This document shows positions 14,075 to 24,318 of a stretch of DNA of 45,644 bases, piece by piece. This DNA is from Bacteroidales bacterium. Its GTDB lineage: Bacteria; Bacteroidota; Bacteroidia; Bacteroidales; JAOZQN01. The notes under the pieces are model-generated. The model was not told where the DNA came from. It saw nothing but the letters and a program-made list of their open reading frames with translations, and did not search any database. Where the stretch lies: positions 1 through 45,644 of the forward strand of contig JAOZQN010000003.1 of NCBI GenBank assembly GCA_029932195.1, given 5' to 3'. Each line of letters starts with the position of its first letter. Within the stretch, counting starts at the first letter, position 1. Made by a program: the position numbers and the translations under genes.

Positions 14075-17000
14075 TTATTTTATTTTTAAAAAAATTGTTC
14101 TTTCGTTGCTATTTCCTACTCTGTCGTATGCAATAATTTTTATTCTAAGTGCTTGCCCTTTAATAAAGCCAGATATTGGTTTTCTGTAAACAAGTTTTTC
14201 TCCATCATTTATGGTATAAAATATGCCTTTTATTCCTGCAGTAGCATCGGTTGCAGAAATATGAAGTAAAGAATATGGAGTTACCGAGAATATATTTTCA
14301 CTTTCTTCAATACCACTCGGAGTTAGCACTATTTTTATTTCGGGAGCGGTGTTGTCTGCAACAACTTCTATGCTCTTTTTCGTTTCACGATTAGAAACAT
14401 TGTCAATTGCATAATATGATATTTTTTTATTACCATTTCCTTTTACTGAAAAAGGCTTGTCATATTGGCGATTTCCTGCTCCAGTGTTATAATATATTTT
14501 ATTAATTCCAGACGCATTGTCTCCCGACGAAATTTTAAGTTTTGTTTTGGAGCTTACAATTATTTTGTCGGCAGGCTTAAAAGTTTCGCCAACAAAAGAA
14601 ATTGAACTATTTGGTGGTTCTGTATCAATATAAATTTTTTGAGTTTCTTTTTTTATATTTGCAACTTTGTCTTCTGCAAAATAATTAAAATAATACAACC
14701 CATTTTTCTGAGGAAAACTTATATTTTGATTTACATATTCTTGTGTTTTACCTCCACTAATATTATATTTAATATTTTTTACTTCGGTTGTTTTCTCTTC
14801 TGCCGATAAAGAAATTGTGCCATATTTGGATAAGTAAAGTGTGCTTCCTTTGGTGTGCTGCGAACCATGTGCCAAAAGTTCTATTTCTGGCGGATTTTGG
14901 TCAATAATTATTGGCAAAAATTGGATACGTTCCTTATTTTCAACATTATCAGTTGCATAATAATATAAGGTGTGAGTCCCCTCGCTGAGTTTTGCAAAAT
15001 CGGTAGAAGAGATTTTACTGCGATATATGCGAGCTTTTTCTTCTTTATCAAAATAATAATAAATATTAGCAACTCCCGACAAATTGTCGGTTGCAGTGAG
15101 TGAAATTTTTGATTTATTTGATAAAATATTTCCAAAATTATTTGCCCCAAATTCTGCAACTGTCAGAGGCGGAGTAATATCAATAATAAAACTATCTACA
15201 TGATTTTTTTCCTGATTTTTAACGCTGTCAATTGCATAATAACTAATAGTATATTTTTGCTCACGGCTAAATATTTTTAAATCGGATTTGTATTTACCAA
15301 ACTCCGAGCCATTTACAGAGTATAAAATAGCATCTAATCCCGAACTTGTTTTTTTGTTGTCTTCTGATGATAATTTTAAATTCAAATTATTTCCATAATA
15401 AATTGTTTTACCAACAGTGTATTTTTTGGCTCCGCTGTAAACTGCTTTTGTTTTTGGCGAAATTCCATCAATTGGAATTTTAAAACGTTGATTTGTGAAC
15501 GAATTTTTAATTTTTAGCTCATTAATTCCGTGTTTGTTAAACATTAACGGTTTGTTGTCTTCTGTTAAAACAAGGTATGATTTTGCATCTTCGTCTGGCG
15601 AAGCTGATATTTTTATATAAAATGGTAAATTTGTTGAACCAATAAGTTGCTCGTTGCCCATTATCCAATTTTTTGGGTGTTGCTCTGTTTGTGTGATAAT
15701 TTTTCGTGTTTTTTCTTCGACTCGGATAAAAACATTTTGAGGTTCTTCTCTATTGTTCACGTTGTCGGTAGAATAGAAACTAAAATTATAAATTTGTCCT
15801 GTTTCAAAAAAAAGAGTGTCTGTATAAATTTGCTCTGTTTCGTTGTTGATACTAAGAAAAGTCTGTTTTACTCCCGCTTCCATGTCGGTAGATTTTAGCA
15901 CAATTCCAGTATTTCCTGAAATAATTAATGTGTCTTTGTTCCAAAAACAGGATTTTGTAGTTTTATAATAGGTTTTTGGTGGGGAAATATCAAGATAAAT
16001 ACTTTTACGATATTTTTGACTTCTGTTTTCTACCTTATCAAAAGCAAAATATGTAATTCTGTGCAAACCAGAACGGTTATCCAAAGTAAACTCATTTTCG
16101 TATTTTAAATTTGGGTCTGTATTTAATTCATATTCAATTCGTTCTATTTGAGAAAGCGAGTCCGAAGCTGTTATAGATATTTGAGGTTGTGAGGCAACAA
16201 AACTGGTGTTTTCTTTTTCAAAAATATTTCCAGACACAATAAGTTCTGCTTTTGGTAATTCTATATCGTAAATAAATTCCCACTTATTTATTTCTTCTAT
16301 ATTTCCCACATTATCAACTGAGTAGTAAGTTAAAGAATACGAACCTGCTTTTAATTTTGTTAATTCTATAGGCTTTATATATTTCTCTTCTTTTTTATCG
16401 TTAATTTTATAAAAAATAGTTTTTACTCCCGACAATTCGTCGGCACTTGTGAGAACTATTTTTGCTTCTTTAGATAAAATATTTTCATCATAAATTCCAC
16501 TAATTTCTCGTTCTGTTTTTGGAGAAGTTAAATCTACATAAAATTTTATAGCTTTTGGAGTTTCAATATTTCCAACATTGTCAATAGAATAATAATTTAT
16601 AGTATGCTCTCCATTTTCAAAACTTTGATTAAAATTTTGGATATTTTCAAAAGTAGAATTATTTTTGGAAATAAAAGCACTATTCCAACCAGATAGTTTG
16701 TCGGTTGCATTGATTTTTATTTTTAAATCTTTCCCGTAAAAAGTTGCTTTTTTCGTTTTATATTTTTGAGCATTTTTTAAAAATATTTCTGAAGCAGGGG
16801 CAGTTGCATCGCCATAAATATCATAGCATTGTTTAATTTTTTTTGTTCCATTTTTAGTTTTTAATGCCACATTATTACAAATTGTATTTTTGCCTTCCGA
16901 AAAATACATTTCGTCGCCAGTGCTTGGTTTTGCTTCCGTTGTAATTCCTTGCCCGTTTGGTTGGCTGGAAATATTTAGAAAAACAGGCAAAGAACATGGA

Positions 17001-17152
17001 GCAAAAAGTTTACCCAAGTCATTGGTATAATATACTTTTTGATGCTCCAACTGTTTTGCCGTTTGCGAAAAAGTGAGATTATATGTTAAAATCAATATAA
17101 ATATTGATAAAATTTTATGGTATTTAAACTGTAATTTATTTGTTGTAATCAC
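14075..17152 (-). CDS. Large secreted protein of tandem Ig-like / OmpL47-type (chitobiase C-terminal-like) repeats
   Basis: 1025 aa with a signal peptide. About 9 repeats carry the recurring ...D.LSG(V/I)..I.Y......Y..P......G.H.I.YY(S/A).DNVGN.E pattern. Confidence 0.75.
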   Translation of the reverse strand: MITTNKLQFKYHKILSIFILILTYNLTFSQTAKQLEHQKVYYTNDLGKLFAPCSLPVFLNISSQPNGQGITTEAKPSTGDEMYFSEGKNTICNNVALKTKNGTKKIKQCYDIYGDATAPASEIFLKNAQKYKTKKATFYGKDLKIKINATDKLSGWNSAFISKNNSTFENIQNFNQSFENGEHTINYYSIDNVGNIETPKAIKFYVDLTSPKTEREISGIYDENILSKEAKIVLTSADELSGVKTIFYKINDKKEEKYIKPIELTKLKAGSYSLTYYSVDNVGNIEEINKWEFIYDIELPKAELIVSGNIFEKENTSFVASQPQISITASDSLSQIERIEYELNTDPNLKYENEFTLDNRSGLHRITYFAFDKVENRSQKYRKSIYLDISPPKTYYKTTKSCFWNKDTLIISGNTGIVLKSTDMEAGVKQTFLSINNETEQIYTDTLFFETGQIYNFSFYSTDNVNNREEPQNVFIRVEEKTRKIITQTEQHPKNWIMGNEQLIGSTNLPFYIKISASPDEDAKSYLVLTEDNKPLMFNKHGINELKIKNSFTNQRFKIPIDGISPKTKAVYSGAKKYTVGKTIYYGNNLNLKLSSEDNKKTSSGLDAILYSVNGSEFGKYKSDLKIFSREQKYTISYYAIDSVKNQEKNHVDSFIIDITPPLTVAEFGANNFGNILSNKSKISLTATDNLSGVANIYYYFDKEEKARIYRSKISSTDFAKLSEGTHTLYYYATDNVENKERIQFLPIIIDQNPPEIELLAHGSQHTKGSTLYLSKYGTISLSAEEKTTEVKNIKYNISGGKTQEYVNQNISFPQKNGLYYFNYFAEDKVANIKKETQKIYIDTEPPNSSISFVGETFKPADKIIVSSKTKLKISSGDNASGINKIYYNTGAGNRQYDKPFSVKGNGNKKISYYAIDNVSNRETKKSIEVVADNTAPEIKIVLTPSGIEESENIFSVTPYSLLHISATDATAGIKGIFYTINDGEKLVYRKPISGFIKGQALRIKIIAYDRVGNSNERTIFLKIK

Positions 17153-17164
17153 TTTAAAATTAGT

Positions 17165-18199
17165 CTAATCTGTTATTATTATTTTTATTTCTGTTACACT
17201 TTTTCCTGTAATTTTGGATATTTCTTCAATATTATTCCCTTTGTATAATAATTTAAAAATTGTTTTTTCGGTTTCTGCTTTTTGTTTTTCGGTTTCTATT
17301 TGTTCTATAATTTCTCTACTTTTTGCTATGCCGTCTATAAGTCCATTTTCGTAAAAACCTTTTTCGTATTCTTTTATGCCTTCGGTTATTTTTTTCGTAT
17401 TTTTTATGTAAATAAAATCTTCTTGGTTAAAAAATTTAGTAATCAGCCTTTTTATGACTTCTGAAAAAACTGGGTCTTTTTTATATTCTTGAAAATCGGA
17501 GATTGTATTGTTAAAATTTCTTGTTTTTTCGGCAAGTTCAAACCAGTTTTGGTATTTTACGTTGTTTTTATTTTTAACAATATTATGTTGAAACATGAAT
17601 ATTAATTTATTCCTTTGCAAAAAATCAAGCGAGTTACTGTTGTTGTTTAAAATTGCTAATATTTCTTGTCTTTTTAATAAAAGGTCTTTGATTTTTTCCA
17701 CACTCCAAAGTTCGGGGTCTCTGATAAAATTGGCGAGTTTGTCTGGATAATTTGAATAACTCATAAAATTTTCCTCAAAATTAAGAGACTCATCTACAAG
17801 CCAAACAAGAGTTATTGTTGGCACTAAACGACGATAATCTTTTATTTCTTTTTCCGAACTTCCTGTGCTTATGTGTTTTACCGGCAAATTTTCTAACTGC
17901 AAACCTGTATTTATCGCATGATACAAAAAAAAGCGTTGGATAATATCCGGTTTGTCCCACTGTTGCATTTCTATTATTATGTGCCGATTTTCTGTTTTGC
18001 AACGAAAGTCAAATTTTACAGAACGAGAGTCGTCTGTTAGCAGATTATTTTTTTCAAGATGTTCTATTTCTTGAATTGAAATATCCAAAAAATCTTCTAA
18101 AAAACGTTTAGCGATTTTTAAATCCGAAAATATTTTCTTAAAATACCGGTCGTAATTTAGTGGGGCGAGATAGCCTGTTTTGAATTTTTTGTTTAACAT
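17165..18199 (-). CDS. Rpn-family / PDDEXK_2 (TIGR01784-like) recombination-promoting nuclease-like protein
   Basis: 344 aa. N-terminal LAPLNYDRYFKKIFSD...AKRFLEDFL and FDFRCKTENRHIIIEMQQW core, typical of this family. Confidence 0.7.
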   Translation of the reverse strand: MLNKKFKTGYLAPLNYDRYFKKIFSDLKIAKRFLEDFLDISIQEIEHLEKNNLLTDDSRSVKFDFRCKTENRHIIIEMQQWDKPDIIQRFFLYHAINTGLQLENLPVKHISTGSSEKEIKDYRRLVPTITLVWLVDESLNFEENFMSYSNYPDKLANFIRDPELWSVEKIKDLLLKRQEILAILNNNSNSLDFLQRNKLIFMFQHNIVKNKNNVKYQNWFELAEKTRNFNNTISDFQEYKKDPVFSEVIKRLITKFFNQEDFIYIKNTKKITEGIKEYEKGFYENGLIDGIAKSREIIEQIETEKQKAETEKTIFKLLYKGNNIEEISKITGKSVTEIKIIITD

Positions 18200-18268
18200 A
18201 ATTTTTCTAATTTATTAATTTAACACAAAGATACAAAAAAAACTTTTCTAAAGTTAGAAATAATTATT

Positions 18269-20026
18269 CTAATCGTTGTAGTCGTCTGCTGTTAGTTTTC
18301 GTATTTTAAACTGAATTTCTTTTTCCGACTGCTGTTTTAGGTTATCTGTGGCTTTTATTTTTATGGTATAAGTTCCTACTTTATCCATAATTATAGCTGT
18401 TTTGTATTCTTTAAATGGAGACTTATTGATAGAATAAGTTACATTTTTTAAACCAGATGACATGTCGGTAGCGGCGAGAAATAAATTGGTGTATTGTGCA
18501 TAAACATTCACTCCTTCGTCGCCTGTTTCAAGTGGCGAAACGCTAAAAATTTCTTTTATTTCGGGAGCGGCATTATCAGTAATAAATAATAAAATATTAT
18601 CTCCCTCCCTATTATTTACATTATCTATTGCCCAGTATCTGCATAAAAAATTTCCCTCTTTGGTAACTTGAAAATCGTTAGTGTAGGTTGTTTGTTGTTC
18701 GTTACCTACAACATATACTATTTCTTTAATTCCAGAATGAGCATCTGTTGCTTTCAAATTAATTTTGGTGTCTTTATTTATCCAAATAGTAGTGTTTTGG
18801 GCATAAAAATCTCCCGACATTTTATATTTTGTAGCTGGTGGCACTAAATCCATTTGATATTTTTTCCGTTTATTTGTAGATTTATTTCCAAGTTTATCTT
18901 CTGAATAATAAGTTACAGAAAAAGGTCCTGTTTTTAATGAAAGTGGAAATGGATTTTCGTAAGAAGTAAATTTATTGCTGTTATTTATAGAATATTTGAT
19001 GTTCTTTACCTCACTTTTATCATCGGTCGCCGAGAAAGTTATTAGCGACTGTGCCGAAACATATTCTGTTATTCCTTCTTTATGAATTGCTCCTTTTATA
19101 GTTATAGTTGGTTTTGGAGATTCTTTATCATAGTAAAAGTCAAATTTTTTCAGTTCTTCTTTATTGTTCACGTTATCAACAGCATAGTAACTTATTGTGT
19201 GATTTCCATTGCTAAGGCTTTGGATATTTATTTTGCCTACGTAAATAGAAAAACTGGAACTATTATCAAATTTATAATATATTTTCTTAACACCAGATGA
19301 ATTATCTTTACTTGTTAAAACTATTTTTGTTGCACTTGATAAAATATTATCAATAAAATTATTTTCCACAGAGTTTATTGTTTCGGGAGCAGATAAATCA
19401 ACAATAAATTTTACGGTTTTAGGTTTGTTAAAATATCCGACCATGTCCACAGCGTAATATTGCACAAAAAAATCTTTTTCTGTGGTAAAATCAATAGGAG
19501 CAGAGTTTACGTTGTAAGGCTTACCATCTATTGATATTAGCATGTTTTTTACGCCAGAATACTCATCTTTTGCAGAAAAAGTGCAGTTTAATTTTTGTCC
19601 AAAATAAGTTTTACCATTAGTTGTATATTTTGGAGCATTATTAAATTTATGCGAAATTACTGGAGGTTCACCATCTGCAAAAAATCTGAATTTTGTTTCG
19701 TCCAGACTAATGGCATTTATCCACCGAACGTATTGATTTCCAGACATTTCAATTTTTATGCCCTCTTTGTTCTTTTCGTAGTTCCCATTCTTATTTATAT
19801 CTACATTATCCAATAAATAAGAGGGTGAGCCATCTTCTGCCGAAGGCGACAGGCGAATAAAAACAGGAAGGTCGCTGGGCCAATATAATTCCTCTTCTTC
19901 AATGTTTTCATACACTGCTTTGGTGTGTTCTAACTGATTAGCTGGACTAACATTTTGACTGATTGCCTTTTGTGCCGAAAATAATAAAAGCAATATGCTT
20001 AAGAAATAAATGTGTTGAGTTTTCAT
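18269..20026 (-). CDS. Secreted Ig-like/OmpL47-type repeat protein, paralog of 14075..17152
   Basis: 585 aa. Signal peptide, the same N-terminal QLEH.K.(V)Y...LPVF(I/L) module and the same SGVK.I.Y...YY(A/S)(V/I)DNV(G/N)N repeats. Confidence 0.75.
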   Translation of the reverse strand: MKTQHIYFLSILLLLFSAQKAISQNVSPANQLEHTKAVYENIEEEELYWPSDLPVFIRLSPSAEDGSPSYLLDNVDINKNGNYEKNKEGIKIEMSGNQYVRWINAISLDETKFRFFADGEPPVISHKFNNAPKYTTNGKTYFGQKLNCTFSAKDEYSGVKNMLISIDGKPYNVNSAPIDFTTEKDFFVQYYAVDMVGYFNKPKTVKFIVDLSAPETINSVENNFIDNILSSATKIVLTSKDNSSGVKKIYYKFDNSSSFSIYVGKINIQSLSNGNHTISYYAVDNVNNKEELKKFDFYYDKESPKPTITIKGAIHKEGITEYVSAQSLITFSATDDKSEVKNIKYSINNSNKFTSYENPFPLSLKTGPFSVTYYSEDKLGNKSTNKRKKYQMDLVPPATKYKMSGDFYAQNTTIWINKDTKINLKATDAHSGIKEIVYVVGNEQQTTYTNDFQVTKEGNFLCRYWAIDNVNNREGDNILLFITDNAAPEIKEIFSVSPLETGDEGVNVYAQYTNLFLAATDMSSGLKNVTYSINKSPFKEYKTAIIMDKVGTYTIKIKATDNLKQQSEKEIQFKIRKLTADDYND

Positions 20027-20190
20027 TTAATAAATGTGTTATTTTTTTAAAAGTTATTTTTATACTCCCTTGCAAAGCTTGGGTGTTTATATATCTGTTT
20101 ATCAGGAAATTATTAGGTTTTGCATTGTTGGTTTTTACTAAATTTAATATTTATACTAAAAAAGGTTTAGTTGTTTCTTAGATTTACTTA

Positions 20191-20411
20191 ATTAGTGTCT
20201 GGACGGAAATAGATAACAATTTATATATCAAATAAATACAAGGCTAAATCAATTTGAATGTTTAAAAACAAAAAAAGATAAAACACTGATAATCACGGTG
20301 TAAAAAAAACAGACAATGCTATAAGTTTGTAAAATACAAAACATTCAAACCAATTTAACAAGATAACACACTGTATGATTGCTTATTACCTATTTCCGTC
20401 CAGAGACTAAT
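20191..20411. mobile_element. 221-bp MITE-like element, copy 2 (identical to 4773..4993), TA-flanked
   Basis: Constant offset of 15418 nt from copy 1, with no mismatch or indel seen. It is inserted in a sequence whose uninterrupted relative lies at 41898..41983. Confidence 0.8.
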
Positions 20412-20470
20412 TACAAAATGCAAAAAGTAAAGATTTTAACCTAATTCAGTATAACATATTTGTTTATCAG

Positions 20471-20552
20471 AGAAATATTAGTCTCTTAATCCTGAAATCG
20501 GTGTTTTTTTTGCATAATATTATTCAAAACTTCATAATTTTTCCAGCTTGTC
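20471..20552 (-). repeat. Dispersed repeat family D, copy 2 (reverse orientation)
   Basis: The reverse complement reads CAAGCTGGAAAATTATGAAGTTTTGAATAATATTATGCAAAAAAACACCGATTTCAGGATTAAGAGACTAAT. Confidence 0.6.
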
Positions 20553-21068
20553 TTGCTTAGGTTTTATATCGCTAAATTTCATTAAATTTAATGTTGTGCC
20601 CACTCCGAAGTGTATTTTTGCCAAACTCAATGTTTCTTTACAAAAACAATTGCAAAGATATAATTTTTTTTTATTAAATATTGAAAAAAGTGGTTACAAA
20701 AGGTAAACAAAAAAGATAAATATCTTTAGCTATATAGAATTTTACAAATGTAAATAGATTTTTTATCTGAAAAAATAATTAGGAGATAAAATGTAGATAT
20801 TCTTTTTCATATTATTATAATTCCGTTTTTAAATGTTTTTCTTTATATTTTCAACTTATATATAAACATTTAATAATCAGACATTGTTTTATGTAAATAA
20901 GTATGAATTTATAAATCCGAACAACTACAATTTGACTTAGAGCGACAAAAAACGTATCTTTATAAAAATATGAAATGTATTTTTTAAATAATTTAAAATT
21001 ACAAAATTATTTAAACTCACGAAAATAATAAATCCCCCTTGATTTAATTTTCAACAATCTTACTTAAA

Positions 21069-24000
21069 ATGAAATATAAACAAAAAACATTAAGCTTAGT
21101 TTTTGCAATTTTTTTAATTGTTTCACTAAATTTCACAGGATATTCACAAATAACCGTTGATGACACTACACCTGGAGGAGTAGAAACTTTTACTGTTCCT
21201 GCTGGTGTTACTTCACTTACCGTAGAATGTATTGGTGGTGGCGGTGGTGGTGGTGCTGCCGTAGCTACAGGAGCAGGTGGCGGTGGCGGTGGTGCTTATT
21301 CCATGGCTGTAATAGTTGTAACTCCCGGACAAAATATTAGCTACACTGTAGGTAGTGGTGGTCCAGGAGGACCAATGGCAGGAGATGGACAAAATGGAAG
21401 TGTTAGCTCTTTTGGAGTAGGACCAACATTAGTATCAGCAACTGGCGGAACAGGAACAGTTGCAGATGCTCCACTTGGCGGAACTGGAGGTTCTTCTGGG
21501 AGTTGTATCGGTGATGCTTCTTTTAGTGGTGGTGTTGGTGGTAATTTTACAATGGTTATGGGATTTTTTCCCGCAGGTGGTGGCGGCGGTGGTGCTGCAG
21601 GAGCATTAGGAGTTGGAGCAACAGCAGTAGGTCCACTTGGAGGTGCAGGAACAGCACCAGGAGGAAATGGTGCTGATGGAGGAAATGGAGGCTCGCCAAG
21701 TCTAGAAGGTTTATTTGTTGGACAAACAGGTTCTAGTCCAGGAGGTGGTGGTTCTGGTGGTGGAACTGGTGGTGCAGGTGCTTCTATTGGAGGTGATGGT
21801 GCAGACGGTTTAGTTAGAATAACTTATGCCGCTTCATGTGGTCCGGGAACACAGCCAAGTAATAATTCTGTTGGTTCAATAACTGGAACTTCTGCAACAA
21901 TAAGTTGGACTGCTGGAAGTGGAAGTGGAGGAGAGGTTATTTTCTTAAAACAAGGAAGTGCAATAGGAACAGACCCTGTGGACAATACAACTTATGCTGC
22001 AAATTCTGCATTTGGTTCTGGAGACGAAGTTGAAGTTGGTGCTTTTGCAATTTATAATGGTAGTGGAACTTCTGCACCAGTAACAGGATTAGTAGCAAAT
22101 ACTACTTATTATTATTCTGTTTTTACATATAATTCTGCAGGACCTTGCTATTTATCTCCAACAACAATAACGGGTAGTTTTACAACATTAGCTTGTGTGC
22201 CACCTGCAATTCAACCTTCTGATCCTTCAGTTGCTTGCTTAGAACACGAGACTCTAAGTTTTACTTTTACTCGTGGAAACGGGCAAAGGGCAATTGTTGT
22301 GGCAAAAGCTGTTACAAATGTAGATGCAGACCCAGTATATAGCACAATTTATACAGCAAATCCAAATTTTGGAAGTGGAACACAAATAGGAACAGGTAAT
22401 TATGTTGTTTATGATGGCAACGATGCAGGAACTATTACTGTTCCAATAACTGGATTAACACCAGGAACAGAGTATTTCTTTAAAGCCTACGAATATGACG
22501 AATCTCCAAATTGTTACAATCCAAATTCGCCTGCAAATGCAAGTGGAACAACACGTAATCCTGCATTTTATTCATCAAGCACAACATCGCAAAATACTAC
22601 AAATGTAGAACGTAATGCTTTGGCACAAGATGTTATTCTTTTAACTGTTGTTGTAAACGGAGGTGAAGATTATGCAGCTACAATGAATTCTATTACATTT
22701 AATTCCAATGGAACAACAAATACTGCAACAGACTTAACAAATGTTAGAGTTTTTTATACAGGTAGTGATAATACTTTTTCTGATGAAACTCAATTTGGTA
22801 GCACTTTTACCACTTTTGGAACAAATACTGCAAACGATAATTTTGCTTTATTACAAGGAAATAATTATTTTTGGATAGCCTACGATGTGAAAAATACTGC
22901 ATCACTCGGAAATGTTTTAGATGCAGAAGTTACATCTATAAATATAACAGATTATAATGGAACATCAAATGAAACACCAACTGCCACAGCACCGGCAGGA
23001 AGCAGGTTAATTATTAACGAGCCTTGCGGGATTGCAACACCAGTAGCAAAAGCTCCACAAGCAGGTTGTAATACTTCAACAAGTCAAGGAGAATTTTTAC
23101 AGGCTGTTTCGTTTGGAACAGAAGGTGGAACTTCTGATTATTCGTTTTCAGGTTCTTGTGCACCAGCAGTTAGTTACTATGACAGAACTGCAACAAATAA
23201 TTTTACGGTTTTAGAGGGTTCTACTAATAATCTTAGTATTACTTGGAATGACTGGTTGGGTTTATTTTATGAATACAATGTATGGATAGACTGGAATAAT
23301 AATGGTGATTTTCGTGATGCAGGTGAAAGATATCCTGCATCAGGAGGGGTAGCTGTAGGAAGTCCTATTAATAATATCCTAATACCTGTTACTGCAACTT
23401 CGGTTAAAATGCGAATATGGGTGCAAGCTGATGTTAGTTGGGATTGTCCATATAATGTTTCAAACGGACCATCAAGTACTTCATTAGGTCAAATAATGGA
23501 CGTTACAGTATTAATACCAGATGCAACAGGACCATTACCTGCACCACCATCTGGAGTTTCTTGTGCCACACTTGCACCAACCGTAACAACACCAGTAAAT
23601 TACACACACGAAGAAACAGCAAGTCAGTTGACTGCCACAGGAACAAGTCTTTTGTGGTATTCAGATCCAAAAGATGGAGTAGGCTCAGGGACAGCTCCTA
23701 CACCAACTACAAATTCCACAGGAACTCAGACTTATTATGTTTCTCAAAATACAGGTTGTGAAGGACCAAGAACACAAATTGCTGTAAGAGTAGAAACTCC
23801 TGCTTTTCCCACAGCACCAGTTGCAAGTGTCTCTTCACAAGCAACATGTGTAGATGGTGGAGAGATAGACCTTTCTGGTTTGCCAACTCCTGGAACATGG
23901 ACTATTGAACCAAGCACAACAGCAGGTTCGGGTGGTTCATATACTTTTTCCGACCTTGACCCTGGAAATTATAGCTATACCGTAATTAATAGTATAGGTT

Positions 24001-24083
24001 GTATATCTCCTGAATCAAATATTGTAACAATAGATGCTTATCTAACAGAACCAGCATCTTTAAATGGGCACTACAGGATTTAG
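21069..24083 (+). CDS. N-terminal part of a giant T9SS adhesin-like protein (Gly-rich domain, FN3-like repeats, GEVED-like domain); reading frame ended by a MITE
   Basis: Signal peptide, GGGGGGAAVATGAGGGGGGAY glycine-rich domain, FN3-like SWTAGSG...YYYSVFTYN repeats, and WIDWNNNGDFRDAGE (GEVED-like). The last 5 codons and the TAG stop lie inside the inserted element. Confidence 0.8.
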   Translation: MKYKQKTLSLVFAIFLIVSLNFTGYSQITVDDTTPGGVETFTVPAGVTSLTVECIGGGGGGGAAVATGAGGGGGGAYSMAVIVVTPGQNISYTVGSGGPGGPMAGDGQNGSVSSFGVGPTLVSATGGTGTVADAPLGGTGGSSGSCIGDASFSGGVGGNFTMVMGFFPAGGGGGGAAGALGVGATAVGPLGGAGTAPGGNGADGGNGGSPSLEGLFVGQTGSSPGGGGSGGGTGGAGASIGGDGADGLVRITYAASCGPGTQPSNNSVGSITGTSATISWTAGSGSGGEVIFLKQGSAIGTDPVDNTTYAANSAFGSGDEVEVGAFAIYNGSGTSAPVTGLVANTTYYYSVFTYNSAGPCYLSPTTITGSFTTLACVPPAIQPSDPSVACLEHETLSFTFTRGNGQRAIVVAKAVTNVDADPVYSTIYTANPNFGSGTQIGTGNYVVYDGNDAGTITVPITGLTPGTEYFFKAYEYDESPNCYNPNSPANASGTTRNPAFYSSSTTSQNTTNVERNALAQDVILLTVVVNGGEDYAATMNSITFNSNGTTNTATDLTNVRVFYTGSDNTFSDETQFGSTFTTFGTNTANDNFALLQGNNYFWIAYDVKNTASLGNVLDAEVTSINITDYNGTSNETPTATAPAGSRLIINEPCGIATPVAKAPQAGCNTSTSQGEFLQAVSFGTEGGTSDYSFSGSCAPAVSYYDRTATNNFTVLEGSTNNLSITWNDWLGLFYEYNVWIDWNNNGDFRDAGERYPASGGVAVGSPINNILIPVTATSVKMRIWVQADVSWDCPYNVSNGPSSTSLGQIMDVTVLIPDATGPLPAPPSGVSCATLAPTVTTPVNYTHEETASQLTATGTSLLWYSDPKDGVGSGTAPTPTTNSTGTQTYYVSQNTGCEGPRTQIAVRVETPAFPTAPVASVSSQATCVDGGEIDLSGLPTPGTWTIEPSTTAGSGGSYTFSDLDPGNYSYTVINSIGCISPESNIVTIDAYLTEPASLNGHYRI

Positions 24084-24247
24084 AGTGAGAGAAATCTGTA
24101 TTTTGCTCACTGTCAGGCTTTTAGTGATTAGCAAAAAAACAAAGAAAATTAATGAAATTTATGAGCATAACAATCTATAATACTGACATATACAATTGAA
24201 ATAAATTCATTTTTTCAATATTTCTCTCACTCTAAATCCTGTAGAGC
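24068..24247. mobile_element. 180-bp MITE with 28-bp terminal inverted repeats and a 10-bp target-site duplication, inserted in the adhesin gene
   Basis: Left TIR GCACTACAGGATTTAGAGTGAGAGAAAT (24068..24095). The right TIR (24220..24247) is its reverse complement with one mismatch. Direct repeats CTTTAAATGG lie at 24058..24067 and 24248..24257. Confidence 0.85.
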
Positions 24248-24318
24248 CTTTAAATGGAACAAAGGATATAACTCTCGGAACTGGCGATTACCCCTCGTTT
24301 CAGGCAGCAATAGATAGT

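Noticed and set aside
20414-21068. Long (655-bp) AT-rich region upstream of the adhesin gene, and the 545-bp region after 45100, scanned for tRNA, sRNA or small genes
   Set aside because: I found only repeat family D/E fragments and short hairpins, for example ACGCCAAAGGCGT at about 45619..45631. There is no cloverleaf-compatible GC-rich segment and no ORF with support. Nothing can be called from sequence alone.
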